Shown here piece after piece: positions 24,001 through 36,651 of a stretch of DNA of 64,000 bases (the stretch's first letter is position 1; every line of letters starts with the position of its first letter). The DNA is from Hemiscyllium ocellatum (taxonomy: Eukaryota), in NCBI RefSeq assembly GCF_020745735.1, contig NC_083411.1, forward strand, positions 17,505,263 to 17,569,262. Reading direction: 5' to 3'. A program made the translations under genes and the position numbers. The notes beneath the pieces are model-generated. The model searched no databases. It had not been told where the DNA came from and saw nothing but the letters and a program-made list of their open reading frames with translations.

Positions 24001-24489
24001 TCATTTCTCTGGGGGGAAATACTGCTTTGATATGGCACCAAAAGAACATGTACAGCCAATTAAGTAATTTTTCTCTACACTGTTTGTAATTTTGGAACTC
24101 CCCAGATTTAGTTATCCTTAATTTTAACCAAACAGCTCAGAACTAAATATATTCCAACCTCAATGTCAGCAAGACAAATCTGTAGGTCAAATGACAATGG
24201 AATGTTTAGGCTAATAAAATCAGCAGTGACAGTAATTGAGGAAAATGCATTAAGTATTGTGGCATTCTTTTAGTGTACAGGATATACCTAGGCAGTTTCC
24301 CATTTTGTTGAGTAGATGCCAATATTGTAGTGGTACTGGAACAGTTTGGCTAGAAGTGTGGCAATTTCTGGAGAAGAATTCTTCAGTGTTATTTCCAGAA
24401 TGCTGTCAGGGCTCATACCCTTTACAGTGTCCAGTGTCTCCAATCATTTCTTGATATCACATAGAGTGAATCAAATTGGCTCACAACTG

Positions 24490-25220
24490 CAAAGTCTGGA
24501 TTGCAAAGAGACTTGGGAGTTCTAGTCCAGGATTCTCTCAAGGTAAACTTGCAGGTTGAATCAGTAGTTAGGAAAGCAAATTCAATTATGGCATTTATTT
24601 CAAGAGGACATGAATATAAAAGGCAGAGATGTACTTCTGAGTCTCCACAAGGCTCTGGTCAGGCCACATTTGGAGTATTATGCACCGTTTTGGGCCTCAT
24701 GTTTCAGGAAGGATGTACTGGCCCTGGAGCATGTTCAGAGGAGGGTCATAAGAATGGTGTCAGGAATGAACAGCTTAACGTACGAGATATGTTTGAGGAC
24801 TCTGGGTCGATATTCGATGAAGCTTAGAAGGATAAGGGGAGGGGGATCTCATTGAAACATACAGAATACTGAATGGCCTGGATGGAGTTGATGTTGGAAA
24901 GATGTTTCCATTGGTAGGAGACATGAGGACCCAAGGACACAGCCTTAGAGCAATGGGAAAACCTTTTGGAACAAAGATAAAGAGAAATCTCTTCCGCCAG
25001 AGTGTTATAAATCTATGGAATTCATTGCTGCTGAAGGATGTGGAGGCCAGGTCTTTGAGTATATTTAAGACAAAGATAGATAGGTTCTTGAGTACCAAGG
25101 GTAATGGGCAGAAAACGGGATAATAGGGTCGAGAAACTCATCAGCCATGATTGAATGGCAGAGCAGAATTAATGGGCTGAATGGCCTAATTTCTGCTCCT
25201 ATATCCTACAGTCTTATGGA
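24490..25220 (+). mobile_element. CR1 LINE 3' fragment (second subfamily)
   Basis: QRDLGVLV, LVRPHLEYYAPFW, RTQGHSL; CTCCTATATCC tail. Confidence 0.82.
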
Positions 25221-26264
25221 AACTGTCATCTGTGATGCTGGGGACCCCTGGAGGTTGAAATAGATTATTCATTTGACAGTTCTCATTGAAGATTGCTGTG
25301 AATGCTTCAGTGTTCTCTTTGTATGGACGAGCTGGACTTGTCCTTCATTGAGGATGGGCATATTTGTGAAGTCTCCTCCGGCAGTGAATTGTTTACTTCT
25401 CCACTACCATTCACAATTAAATTTAACAGAGTTGCAGAGCTAAGATCTGATCCATTAGTTGTGGGATCACTTAGCTCTCACACTTGCTGCTTCCACTGTC
25501 TCACATGCAAATAGTCATATTTTGTAGCTTCACCAGGTTGACACCTTACTTTAAGATGTGCCTTGTGCTGCTCCTGGCATTCCCTCCTGCACTTTCCATT
25601 GAACCAGGGTCGAACTCTTGTTTGGTGGTAATGGTAGAGTCGGGATTATGCTGGACTATGACATTGCGGACTGTACGAAAGTATTGTTCTGGTGCTACTA
25701 CTGGTTCATTACACCTCACTGATGTACAGTCTTGCAGACTTTAACATCACTTACATTTATTCCATGTCAAATGAAAGATTGTGTACTCCAAGTCAACTTA
25801 CTCTCTCCTTTTGTAATGTGAAAATGCCTTTAGAAATGAACTAATAGTACGATAAGAAAATAATTTAGCTTATCATGACTATTCGAGTCAATTTATTCAG
25901 CAGATTTGAACACAGCAGGCTCAACTCCAGTCTGCAGCTGAGTTAGAAGATCTCAGCCAAAGTAGTAATAGGGGAAAATCAGTCAGGATTCTTACTCTTC
26001 AGCACTTGTGTTGGAAGACTTTTTCTGCAGGTTCAATCCAGGGAGCTTTGAATTGCCTGAAAATAACCCAAGAGTGGAAAATCCTGTTGCCAGTACAGAA
26101 CATTAACATGTACAACACAGCTACCACCAACAGCAGCATAAACAGAAATCTCTGGCAGCATCTGTGGAGAGAAATCAGAGTTAACGTTTCAGGTTGAGTG
26201 ATCCTTCCTCAGAACATATACAAGTTAGGAGTAGTATTAGGCCATTAGCTTGATGTCATTCAAT

Positions 26265-28120
26265 AAGATCATAGAGTCATGCAAATAGACCCTTCAGTTC
26301 AACCAGTCCATGCCAAATTTAATCTAAAACTAAACTAGCCCACTGGCCTATTCCTCCAAACCTTACATATGCAAATATTTAACCAAATATATTTTAAACG
26401 CTGTAATTGTACCCACATCCACCACTTCCTCAGGAAGTTCATTCCACATAAGATCCACCTTCTGTGTAACTCTTATCTTTTTTAAAAATCTTACCATAAG
26501 ATGTACCCCTTAGTCTTGAAACATCCCATCTTGGGCAAAAGACAATGACTATCAAATCTATACCTCTCATTATTTTATAAACTTCTATCAGGTCACCTGT
26601 CAACCTCCTACGCTCCAGTCCCTGTCCATTCAGTCTTTCTTTATAACTCAAGCTTCCATACACAGCAACATCCTGGTAAATCTCTTCTGAACTCTCTCCA
26701 GTTTAAATAATACCCTTCCTATGACTGGATGACCAGAACTGGACACTGTATTCCAGAAAAGGCCTCAATGTCCTGTACGATTTCAAAATGACTTCCCAAC
26801 TCCTTTACTCAAAGGACTGAGCAATGAAAGCAAACATGCTAAACGCCTTTTTAATCAACCTGTTGAAGTTTGTGTCACATAAAATGGATCTGAACCTCAA
26901 TGTTCCTTGTTCCATAACACTACCCAAGGCTCTACCATTAATTATACAAGTTCTACCCTCATTTGTTGTACAAAAATGCAATACCTCACATTTATCCAGG
27001 TTGAACTCCATCTGCCATTTTTCAGCCCATTGACCAATTTGATCAAGGACCCTTTATAATCTGAGAAAACTTTTTTTTAACCGTTTACTGTGCCATCAAT
27101 TTTAGTGTTGTCTGCAAACTTACTAATCATACCTTCTATATTTTCATCCAAATCATTATGTCAGGCATCTCACCCATAGTTATAGATGATGCAAACATTT
27201 CTGCAAGGAGTCTCACAATTTCCACCCTTACTTCCCAAAACATTGTCTGATATATTAGATCGGGTCCCGGAGACTTATCCATCTTTATATTTTAAGACCT
27301 CCAGAACTTCCATTTCTGTAATGTGAACTGTTTTTGAAACATCAAAATTCATTCCTCTGTATTCTCTAGACTCCATTTCTTTCTCCACAGAGACTAGGCC
27401 AAACCACTCAAAGCATTCTGAAGCAAGCAACCCAGACCGTAGCTTTGCAATTTGTTTAGGTAAGTGTAGATTGAAAATTACCTGGAGTAAGTTAGCTCAG
27501 TTGACTATTAGATTTTAAAACAGACAAAAATTTATTCACAAAATTACACAACGAAACACAAAGAACAGAATAAAGAACCCCTACAGAACTCAGTCTATCC
27601 AAACTAGACCTAATTATGCTGTTCTGAATATACATAACAGTCCCAGTAAGCAAACTCCCTTTAAAAAATCAGTATAAATGTATCACCTGCTTACAGGTTG
27701 AGGTTGAAGGGCAGAAAGCGAGACAGAGAATTTCCACACAGCTTCCTGTTGAACTCCTCACCAGTTCAAGACTGAATTAAACTGCCCAGCTCAGCTAGAG
27801 AGCTGACCACTCCCCTTTCTTTATACAGGTCACTTCTAAAACATGACCACTTTGGCCTGAAGTCTCATCTGTTTACATATAAACAAAAGGCCTCTCAAAA
27901 TCCTTTTCATCTCTGTACCAAATCAGTCTGATCGGAGCCCGGCCTGGTTTATTATCCCACTGAAATAAATCAAGGACAGAGTCTCCTTGAGCCAAGGAAC
28001 AGCTTTTAGAAAAAAAAGGAACTAGTTTCGTGACAACAGTAAAATCTAACGCAAAATATTCATGTAGAACTCTCCCATCTCCTGGGGTTCAACACAAAGA
28101 TGACCTCCTTGATCTCTAAG
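26265..28120 (-). mobile_element. CR1 LINE fragment, internally deleted and split by the solo LTR
   Basis: MEFNLDKCEVLHF, KFAD, SPGPD motifs. Confidence 0.78.
27391..28035 (-). mobile_element. Solo-LTR-like element inserted in a CR1
   Basis: Interrupts a CR1 with ACAG duplicated (27387-27390, 28036-28039). Minus strand begins TGTCACGA, with TATAAA at 27820-27825 and AATAAA at 27531-27536. The other terminus is not a canonical CA. Confidence 0.6.
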
Positions 28121-29324
28121 TGATGCAATAGTGGTTACTCTCCCTCCCCACAATGACAAATTCAATGAACTCTACTTCCACCTGCTCTTTTGGGATGAGT
28201 GTTCAAAAGAAGAGTAAAAACATAATGAAAATTGGAACCACAAGATTTCAGAGCTTTAGGATAGCAAGGGAGAAAATTGTAATATGAAAAGATAGATAAC
28301 ACTGACCATTACTAAATTAATATTCAGCCATTCTGCACAATACATGTTGCTGCTGGTCACTATTAAGTACAAAATTGTTCACAAATTTATAGTTGCTGTA
28401 AAAAAAAAGCAGTAAATCCAAACAGAGTTTTCAATAGCCTGTTTACATTGCTAATGAAGCACCGCTCTGACTTAGGGTTTGTTATTGGATGCCCATCTAC
28501 TTGCATCAGTGGTGTCAATCACAACCTTTTTTAAAATGGAATTTGGCTCCTACCGCTCTGGTATGTGTGTCGCAATGACATTCCCACTCAATGGCACAGA
28601 TTAAACCATGGTAAGGAAACCATAGGCTGAATACCATGTTCCATCTTCCCTCAGCTAATGAACCGATGTACCTCCTTTTTAAACAACAGTTGGAGGAAGC
28701 ACGGAGGGTAGCAAGGGTGCAGAACACTGGTTGAGTTCTAAAGGTCTTTGTTGCTAGACCCGGTCTGAGGCAGGTAGTGAGCAAAGGAGGAAAAAACATA
28801 CTTGACCTCATCATCACCAAGCTGCTTAAAGCACTTGCATCTATGACAGTATCATTAAGAGTGGCCACCGCACAGTCCTTGTGGAGACAAAGTCAGTTTT
28901 CATATTGCTAAAACCCTCCATTACATTGTGTGGCATTATCACCATGCTAAATGGGATAGACTTCAAACAGTTCTTGCAACTCAAAACTGGCATCCATGAG
29001 GATTGGTGGGCCATCAGTAGCAATGCAATCTGCAACCCCATGACCCTGCATATCTCCCACTCTGCCATTGACATCAAGCCAGGGGAATCAATCAAGAAGA
29101 GGGCAGGAGAGTATGCCATGCCATACTGACCGTCTCATTTGGATTGACAGCATTGCTCCATCATTATTGCTGGGTCAAATTCAGAAGCACATACTTCCCA
29201 ACACCACTGTGGGAATACCTTCACCACATCGACTGTAGCAGTCAAACTGAGAGGTTCACCAACATCTTTTTAAAGTGAACTAAGAAGAAATAAGAAATTA
29301 CCTTGTTTTGGAAGGTAATCTATT

Positions 29325-30258
29325 GTGCTCGTGGGTATGTTTGCCGAGCTGGAATTTGATTTGCAGATGTTTCCTCCCCTGTCTGGGTAACATCTTCAGT
29401 GCTTTGGAGCCTCTTGTGAGCATTGCTGTACTGTGTCTTCTGGAATTTATTTAGTTCTGTTTCTGCTGCTTCCACTGGTTCATTGTGGTGGCGGGTATAT
29501 TGGGTCTAGGTCTATGTGCTTGTTGATGGAGTCCATGGATGAATGCTATGCTTCTAGAAATTCTCTGGCTGTCCTCTGTTTGGTGAGTCCAATGATCATT
29601 GTGTTGTCCCAGTCGAATTGTGGTCCTTGTCATCTGTGCGTGTGGCTACGAGGGACAGCTGCTTGTGGCATTTAGTGGCCAGTTGGTGTTAGTGGATGCG
29701 GATTGCTAGTTGTCTGCCTGTTTCCTCTATATAGTGTTTGCTGCAATCTTTGCATGGAATCCTATAAATTATGTTTGTCTTGCAGATGATTGGTATAAGG
29801 TCTTTTACTTTGGTGAGTTGTTGTCTGAGCGTGGCTGTTGGTTTATGGGCTGTCATGAATCCCAGTGGTTGGAGAAGTCTGGCTGTCAGTTCCGAGACAT
29901 TTTTGTGTAAGGTAGCGTGGATCGTGAGTTAGGTTACGGCATGCCTTCATTGCGTTGTTTGTCTATTAGGCATCTGCAGATGAAGTTGCAGGCGAATATT
30001 CTATAGGGGTGTTCTTCTTCTTCTTCCCGTCTGGAGTGCTGCAGTGTGTTGTAGCTCTTTTGAACAGGTTCCTAATGCAGCTTCTCTGGTGTGTGTTTGG
30101 GTGGTGGAGTTGCTGTTGTAGTTCAGGACCTGGTCGGTGTGTGTGGCTTTCCTGTACACTTTTATGGTACATTCACCATTCTACAGATTAACTTCCCAGC
30201 TCTGCAAACATACTTACAACTGGTACCCGAGCTACAATTCCTTATGCAAATCTTGAAG
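29325..30258 (-). mobile_element. Penelope-like element remnant with an inverted terminal copy
   Basis: Same family as 22990-24000 in the opposite orientation (HQRSCIRNLFKRATTHCS; YIGETGRQLAIRIH). 30185-30258 is a plus-strand copy of the family's 3' terminus. Confidence 0.8.
29362..29402 (-). ncRNA. Decayed hammerhead motif (family E) in the 3' terminus of a PLE remnant
   Basis: GCA-CUGAAGA-U-GUUACCCAGACAGGGGAG-GAAA-CA-UC^UGC; stem I GCA/UGC, stem II degraded. Confidence 0.5.
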
Positions 30259-31300
30259 GTCATCTCTATCAAGAGTGAATAATAGTGGAGACACAAAGGG
30301 CTAAATAGCCTCTGTCTGCGGTATAACGTTTTCCTAGTTTTGACAAAAAGAATTAGTATTTGAGATTCGTCTTAACCACAGCTGGCTTTCTTGCTTCCTT
30401 TTTTTTTAAAACCCTCTCACGTCTAGAATTCCCACCACAATGTCAGAAGCAATCACAATGCTGAAAATTAGCTTGCTATAGTGAAATCCCAGCTGCGTAG
30501 ATTGAGAGAATTGTGTAACAACATTCTAGTCATGCAATAAAACAGGTGTCCAACAGCAGTAACTAATACAGGAACCAACTATCCAAAAATGCTGAATAAA
30601 TCAACCATTAAAAACAAGGTAAAAATTCAAATACATGCTTCAAACCTAAAATTCCAAAAGGCTAAAACAGAAAATTCCAGTCGTGACTTGTTCATACTTG
30701 TGATTGAATAACTAAACAACTAATTAACTTAAACCTTCCTTAACAAGGCATTGTAATAAAAACTGAATTCCTGAGGAAACAAATGTAAATCAAAATATTA
30801 TTTCAGTTGATGATGGTGCACTCCTCAGCCCATCGGACACAGAGGGTCCCAAGTATACAGTGGACACCATGTGCTCCCTCTCCAGATCATTCATTATGAA
30901 CCTGACCATGGGAGAGAGGCAGACAGTTAGTCTAATAATCCCTGCCATGGCCCGCTCCCTTAACCTGTTAATGACTACAGGGTTATGCTCCTACCACCCC
31001 TTTTCCCCCACTAACACTGAGTGGCCAAAGATCTGGAGCATGGGGCTGAATTGCAACCAGAAAAGTACCTTAAAAAAAAAGTGTAACCTCGTGCAACCGG
31101 TACGCATGTAGAATGTGAGGCATGGACCTAGGGAGAGCATCTGGTTTTCATTGGCAAGTAGTACTGAAGGAATCGGCAGGTGGAACAGATTGTAGAATTT
31201 GGTAGAGGATCAATTTGAGTAAAAAGGGAGGTCTGCAGATGCTGGAGATCAGAGCTGAAAATGTGTTGCTAGTTAAAGCACAGCATCCAAGGAACAGGAA

Positions 31301-31335
31301 ATTCGACGTTTCGGGCCAGAGCCCTTCCTCAGGAT
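31301..31335 (-). ncRNA. Minimal hammerhead ribozyme motif (family A)
   Basis: UC-CUGAGGA-A-GGGC(UCUG)GCCC-GAAA-CG-UC^GA. The insertion is flanked by AGGATCAATTTG repeats (31206-31217, 31331-31342). Confidence 0.68.
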
Positions 31336-31467
31336 CAATTTGCACTAGATTGTATGTCATTAGAACTCATTTTTTTTGTGAAGCTTCCAAAAAAACTTAA
31401 AAACCTTTCCCCTTTTACTGATCTTGGAATCTTGCAATCCCTGCACTCAGGCTAACTGAACAATGGT

Positions 31468-31499
31468 CTGATGAAGGAGCAGCGCTCCGAAAGCTAGTG
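31468..31499 (+). ncRNA. Minimal hammerhead ribozyme motif (family D)
   Basis: CUGAUGA-A-GGAGC(AGC)GCUCC-GAAA-GC-UA^GUG with palindrome AGCU. The insertion is flanked by TGAACAATG repeats (31457-31465, 31553-31561). A related decayed copy is at 32096-32130 (-). Confidence 0.65.
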
Positions 31500-32084
31500 C
31501 TTCCAATTAAACCTATTGGACTATAACCTGGGTGTTGTGTGATTATTAACTTTGAACAATGAGAGTGAGCTTCCAGCACGCACTGTATCATTGAATCAGT
31601 CCTAAAGAATGCAGCTGAAGTGAGATAACTATTGGGGGTATATCAAAGGCAGACTTGCAAAGCAAATAGATTGGCAAAGTGAAACAGTATTAATAATGGG
31701 ACATGTCTTCATCCAAGTCTGTCACTTCTAAATGGCTTAAGAGTTAGAGCAACTTTGACCAGATAAGTTTTGTGGAAATACTGATTTAAGTATTTGTCTA
31801 AGCTTTTTTGAATAAGTATTCACACAGTCTGGAATGGTTACATTGAAGCAGAAATTGCAAACAAATTAAACTTTTAAAAAGCCAGTGGCATTTAAAGTGG
31901 AAAACACAATGCAAGAACAGCCACATGTAGAAAAGAAAAATCAGCAAGTTTTTGGACATATTTAAACAAAAGATTCATTACAGTGCGGCATTTTCAGGAA
32001 GCCCAAAGATCAACTGTACTCCACCAGATGAAATGTGGCCTTGCTATCTAAATGAAAAGCCAAAGAAAAGAATGACTCAGAGGT

Positions 32085-32503
32085 GCCGGTGGAACTACTA
32101 CTTTTCGGAGCACTGCTTCTTCATCAGGTGGTTGTGCAGTATAAGATCGTAAGACATAGAATTCATAGCAAAAGTTTACAGTGTGATGCAACTGAAGTGA
32201 TATATTGAAAAATACCTGGATTGTTCGTTAAGTCTGTCATTGTTTAGAATGACCATGTCTGTTTCAGTTCTTCCGTATGTAAATCCCAGAACTAATTTTT
32301 TAAAGTTACATTCTCAAGTGAACTTTAACAATAAGTCCCATGTCGTCTCAGATAATGCATTGAAGGTGTGAGGTTAAAGTCTGTCTGTGCCCTAACATAG
32401 AGACTGATTTGATTTCTAAAAAAGGGATTTACAGAATTTTACATGGACCCATGCAGTTTTTGAGCAAAATATAACATAATTCTGCAAGTACAAATTCACC
32501 CTG

Positions 32504-32543
<40 letters not shown>

Positions 32544-32965
32544 TGTGTGTATACATGTATATGTGCGAAGTGTAGAGGAATATAAGTCTGTTAGAGGGTG
32601 TGTGTGTTGGGGGGGGGGTTTGTAGCATCAGCATATGAGAAAGAGAATATATATGCATGTGTGTTTGTGTGCATCTATGTCTGTAAATAGTGCTGTGGGT
32701 CACCTGTAGTGTGACATGAACCCCAGGTCCCAGTTGAGGCCATCCTCATGGATACCAAACTTAGCTATCAGCCTCTGCTCGGCCACTGTGTGGTGTTGCT
32801 TGTCCTGAAGTTCGCCTTGGAGGATGGTCACCCGAAGGTCCGAGGCTGAATGTCCCAGACTGCTGAAGTGTTCCCTGACCGGGAGGGAACACTCCTGACT
32901 GGTGATTGTTGCGCAGTGTCAACTTATCCGTTGCTGTAGCCTCTGCTTGGCTTTACCAATGTACC
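32085..32965 (-). mobile_element. Penelope-like element 3' remnant (second family), GIY-YIG plus family D hammerhead
   Basis: WYIGKAKQRLQQRI...LPVREHFS...EQRLIAKFGIHEDGLNWDLGFMSHYR*, then a CA-rich 3'UTR and a terminal hammerhead-like motif. Confidence 0.75.
32508..32550. repeat. (GT)n microsatellite
   Basis: Direct reading. Also (CA)n at about 23675-23696 and (AAAT/ACAT)n at about 44419-44460. Confidence 0.9.
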
Positions 32966-32969
32966 ATGC

Positions 32970-34208
32970 CTCTAGTCCCAACTGCCAGCACCCGGCGCAT
33001 ATCCCTCCAAACCCTTCCTATTCGTATACCCATCCAAATGCCTCTTAAATGTTGCAATTGTACCAGCCTCCACCACATCCTCTGGCAGCTCATTCCATGC
33101 ATGAAAAAGTTGCCCCTTAGGTCTCTTTTATATCTTTCCAGTCTCACCATAAACCTATGCCCTCTAGTTCTAGTTCTATACTCCCATCCAAATCATTTAT
33201 ATAAATGACAAAAAGTAGAGGACCCAGCACCGATCCTTGTAGCACTCTACTGGTCACTGGCCTCCAGTCTGCAAATTAACCCTCCACCACCACCCTCTGT
33301 CTTCTACCTTTGAGCTAGTTCTGTATACTAATGGCGAGTTCTCCCTTTATTCCACGAGATCTAACCAGTCTCCCATGGGGAACCTTGTTGAAAGCCTTAC
33401 TGAAGTCGATATAGATCACATCTACCGCTCTGCCATCATTGATCCTCTTTGTTACTTCTTCAAAAAACTCAATCAAATTTGTGAGACATGATTTCCCAAG
33501 CCATGTTGACTATCCCTAATCAGTCCTTACCCTTCCAAATACATATACATCCTGTCCCTCAGGATTCCCTCCAACAACTTGCCCACCACCAACGTCAGGC
33601 TCACTGGTCAATAGTTCCCTGGCTTGTCTTTGCCGCCCTCCTTAAACAGTGGCACGTTTGCCAACCTCCAGTCTTCTGGCACCTCACCTGTGACTATCGA
33701 TAATACAAATATCTCAGCAAGAGGCCCAGCAATCACTTCGCTAGCTTCCCATAGAGTTCTAGGATACACCTGATCAGGTCCTGGGGATTTATCCACCTTT
33801 ATGCATTTCAAGACATCCAGCACTTCCTCTTCTGTAATATGGACATTTTGCAAGATGTCACCATCTGTTTCCCTACAGTCTATATCTTCCATATCCTTTT
33901 CCACATTAAATACTGATGCAAAATACTCATTTAGTATCCCCCCCATTTTCTGCAGCTCCACACATAGGCCGCCTTGCTGATCTTTGAGGGGCCCTATGCT
34001 CTCCCTAGTTACCCTTTTGTCCTTAACGGGTTTGTAAAAACCCTTTGGATTCTCCTTAATTCTATTTGCCAAAGCTCTCTCATGTCCCTTTTGTGCCCTC
34101 CTGATTTCCCTCTTAAGTATACTCCTACTTCCTTTACACTCTTCTTAGGATTCACTTGATCTATCCTGTCTATACCTTACATATGCTTCCTTTCTCTTAA
34201 CCAAATCC
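32970..34208 (-). mobile_element. CR1 LINE fragments including the RT N-terminal region
   Basis: ORF 33608-34072 IKENPKGFY...LNEYFASVF...KSPGPDQVYPRTL...VPEDWRLANVPLFK. Confidence 0.88.
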
Positions 34209-36139
34209 TCAGTTTCTTTGTGTGATTGTTTGATTTTCAACAAAGTAAAGAATGAAATGATACGAGAACAGGATTTCTACATAACCTTTCAGTCTGTTTG
34301 TCACCAGTAGGATGACATCTGAAATGCACTTCACAGGAGTAATCAAACAGCACAATATGTATGAGGCCAGGTGAATAAAACAAAATTTAGTAAAAGACAT
34401 TTTAAGAATCATCTTAAAAGCAAGAAAGGTTGTAAAGAAAGAAATTTCAGTGTTTAGGGTCTATAGCTTTAAAAAAAGGTATGATAGCAATGCAATGATA
34501 TACGAAAAAGAAAAGGATTTGGACAGAGATTTGAGAGCTATGGAGCCACAGATATTCACATTCTAAAGCAACCACTTGTTTTAAAAAAAATTAAATAAAA
34601 TGTGATTCTATGCTTTTCCATTGGTGCTTTCTGGGCTACCACCCTTGGCTCAGTCCACTTCCCAATATAACAACGTAGCACATTTATGTAATAAAAGTTT
34701 TCAAGGTACTTCACAGGAACTTAGTTCTAAGTCCATTGAAGGAAAAGCCACCAGAGATGGGACGTAAGGATACAAATACACAAAAAGCCAAAAGGTGTAG
34801 GAATGCAGATATCAAAGAGTTGTTGGGATGAAAGTTGTGACAGAAATTGAGATTGGGTGCAGGATTGTGGGTGAAAATGCCGCAGAAGGTTTGAACATGA
34901 AGATTAAAAAAAAGGTTATCGGTGGATCAGAAGCCATTGTAGTACACTACAAATTCAACTCATGTCTAACATAAATATATTAAACAATTTTCAACAAATC
35001 TTTGTACCCCTTCTGCTCTTCTATTAGTAATCATGCACATTGGGAAAAAGGCCAAACACCAGCAGTTTACTAATTCCACAGCTTAACTGGCTTTTTTTGT
35101 GCTAAAGCTTTATTATATATTTTCCCATTAACAGGGAAGCACCCGTGAGGCTCGTGAAACATTAACAAGCAAAGTCTAATAAGGGCAATACATACTTGAA
35201 AAAAGTGAAGGGGGAAGGGGTAGGTAGGGAGTGAAGGCAGGAACTAAACTAAAAGCATTCCATCCCCCACATAGCCATCTCTTCCTAACGGCAAAGAGCA
35301 TTGATGGACGTTACATTCTCCCTCTCCAATAAAACCCAAGCTTGAAGGTAACAGAAGAGGGGCAGGCAGTCACCAGAGATGACCCCCTCCATGGCCTGCT
35401 CCTTGACCTGTTTAGATTCAACTGTCTATTATCTAATGAAAAGGTTAATTAGTGATTAAATTAAACCTTGTCCCCAAGCAATATTTGCACTAGCAAAGGT
35501 GACTATTGCATACGAATGAGAACAAAAGATCGTACTATTGGGATTGCAGATGTCGTTAGGGAGTTTACTGTTTAATTGCTCATGGCTCCCATTATTTAAT
35601 GATCGATATCAGAATGTGACATTGAAGCATTTACTAAAGATTTTAAAGCTCTGCTGGCATTCTCTTGACAATCGTAAGACATGATTCTCTTTTCCTCTCA
35701 GACTGATACATTCAAGGAGATGTATTTTGACATCAGCTATGACAAACGTTTAAAAGGTGGTTTTAAGCAGAGGAATAGTCAATTTACTTCTTATTCTGTC
35801 TGCCTTGTGGGAATGCTTTTCTTCCCAGATCCACTACAATGTCTTACACATTCCTCACTGTACACACCTTTCCATTTATACTTTCCTTTTAACAAATAAG
35901 ACCAAAGCAGAGGTCACCAACCTTTCAAAAAGAATGAAAAATATTACAACTTACAGAAAAAAACCAAAAACGATAGAAATTGATAAAGATAATTACAGTT
36001 GAATTACAAAAATATAAAATTTATATTGATAGAAAATTGGCTTCCCGTCCATTGGATGAGTCAGCATCTGTTCTTTGGGTCAATCAGAATTATCTTGAGA
36101 GTCTCCCGATTCCTGGTCCCCTTGGCAGCCTCTTTAGCT

Positions 36140-36214
36140 CTGGATCAGTGGTGCTGGAAGAGCACAGCAGTTCAGGCAGCATCCAAAGTGCAGCGAAATC
36201 GACGTTTCGGGCAA
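36140..36214 (-). mobile_element. PLE-terminus insertion (family A, truncated in stem II)
   Basis: TSD AGCCTCTTTAGCT at 36127-36139 and 36215-36227. Confidence 0.7.
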
Positions 36215-36651
36215 AGCCTCTTTAGCTGCTGGTCTCATTAGTATTTCCACTCTTCCTTCGCCCATTTGGCTGCTTCTCCCTGTCTCGCTTCTCATGCCAC
36301 CCTCCTTTCATCACTGGCTAGTTCTGGAAAACTAGTTAGCCAGTACGTGGCAGGATATTAATATCACTAATTCTATAATCTATTGATGATTTTCCAACTT
36401 TAATAATCATTGGCAAAAAGTCAGCTCTTTGCAATCAACATGTTGTTGACCCCTGCAATATAGGTTTCCTTTATCTTTCCAATATACATCTCCAACGCAG
36501 ATTCCTATTTACATTTTGGCTCACAAACTAGAGTGAAGTTATCCTTTACACTTTTGTTGAGCTAATTAAAGCTACTGTTCAACTTCCATCAGGCAGAACT
36601 AGCACTGCTCTTCTCCCAGTTTGAACAGTGCCTTGACCGGCAAATAGATTA

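Noticed and set aside
28225-28255. ATGAAAATTGGAACC...CAG resembling RPL39 MKTGNKIR
   Set aside because: No similarity in the flanking codons; chance match.
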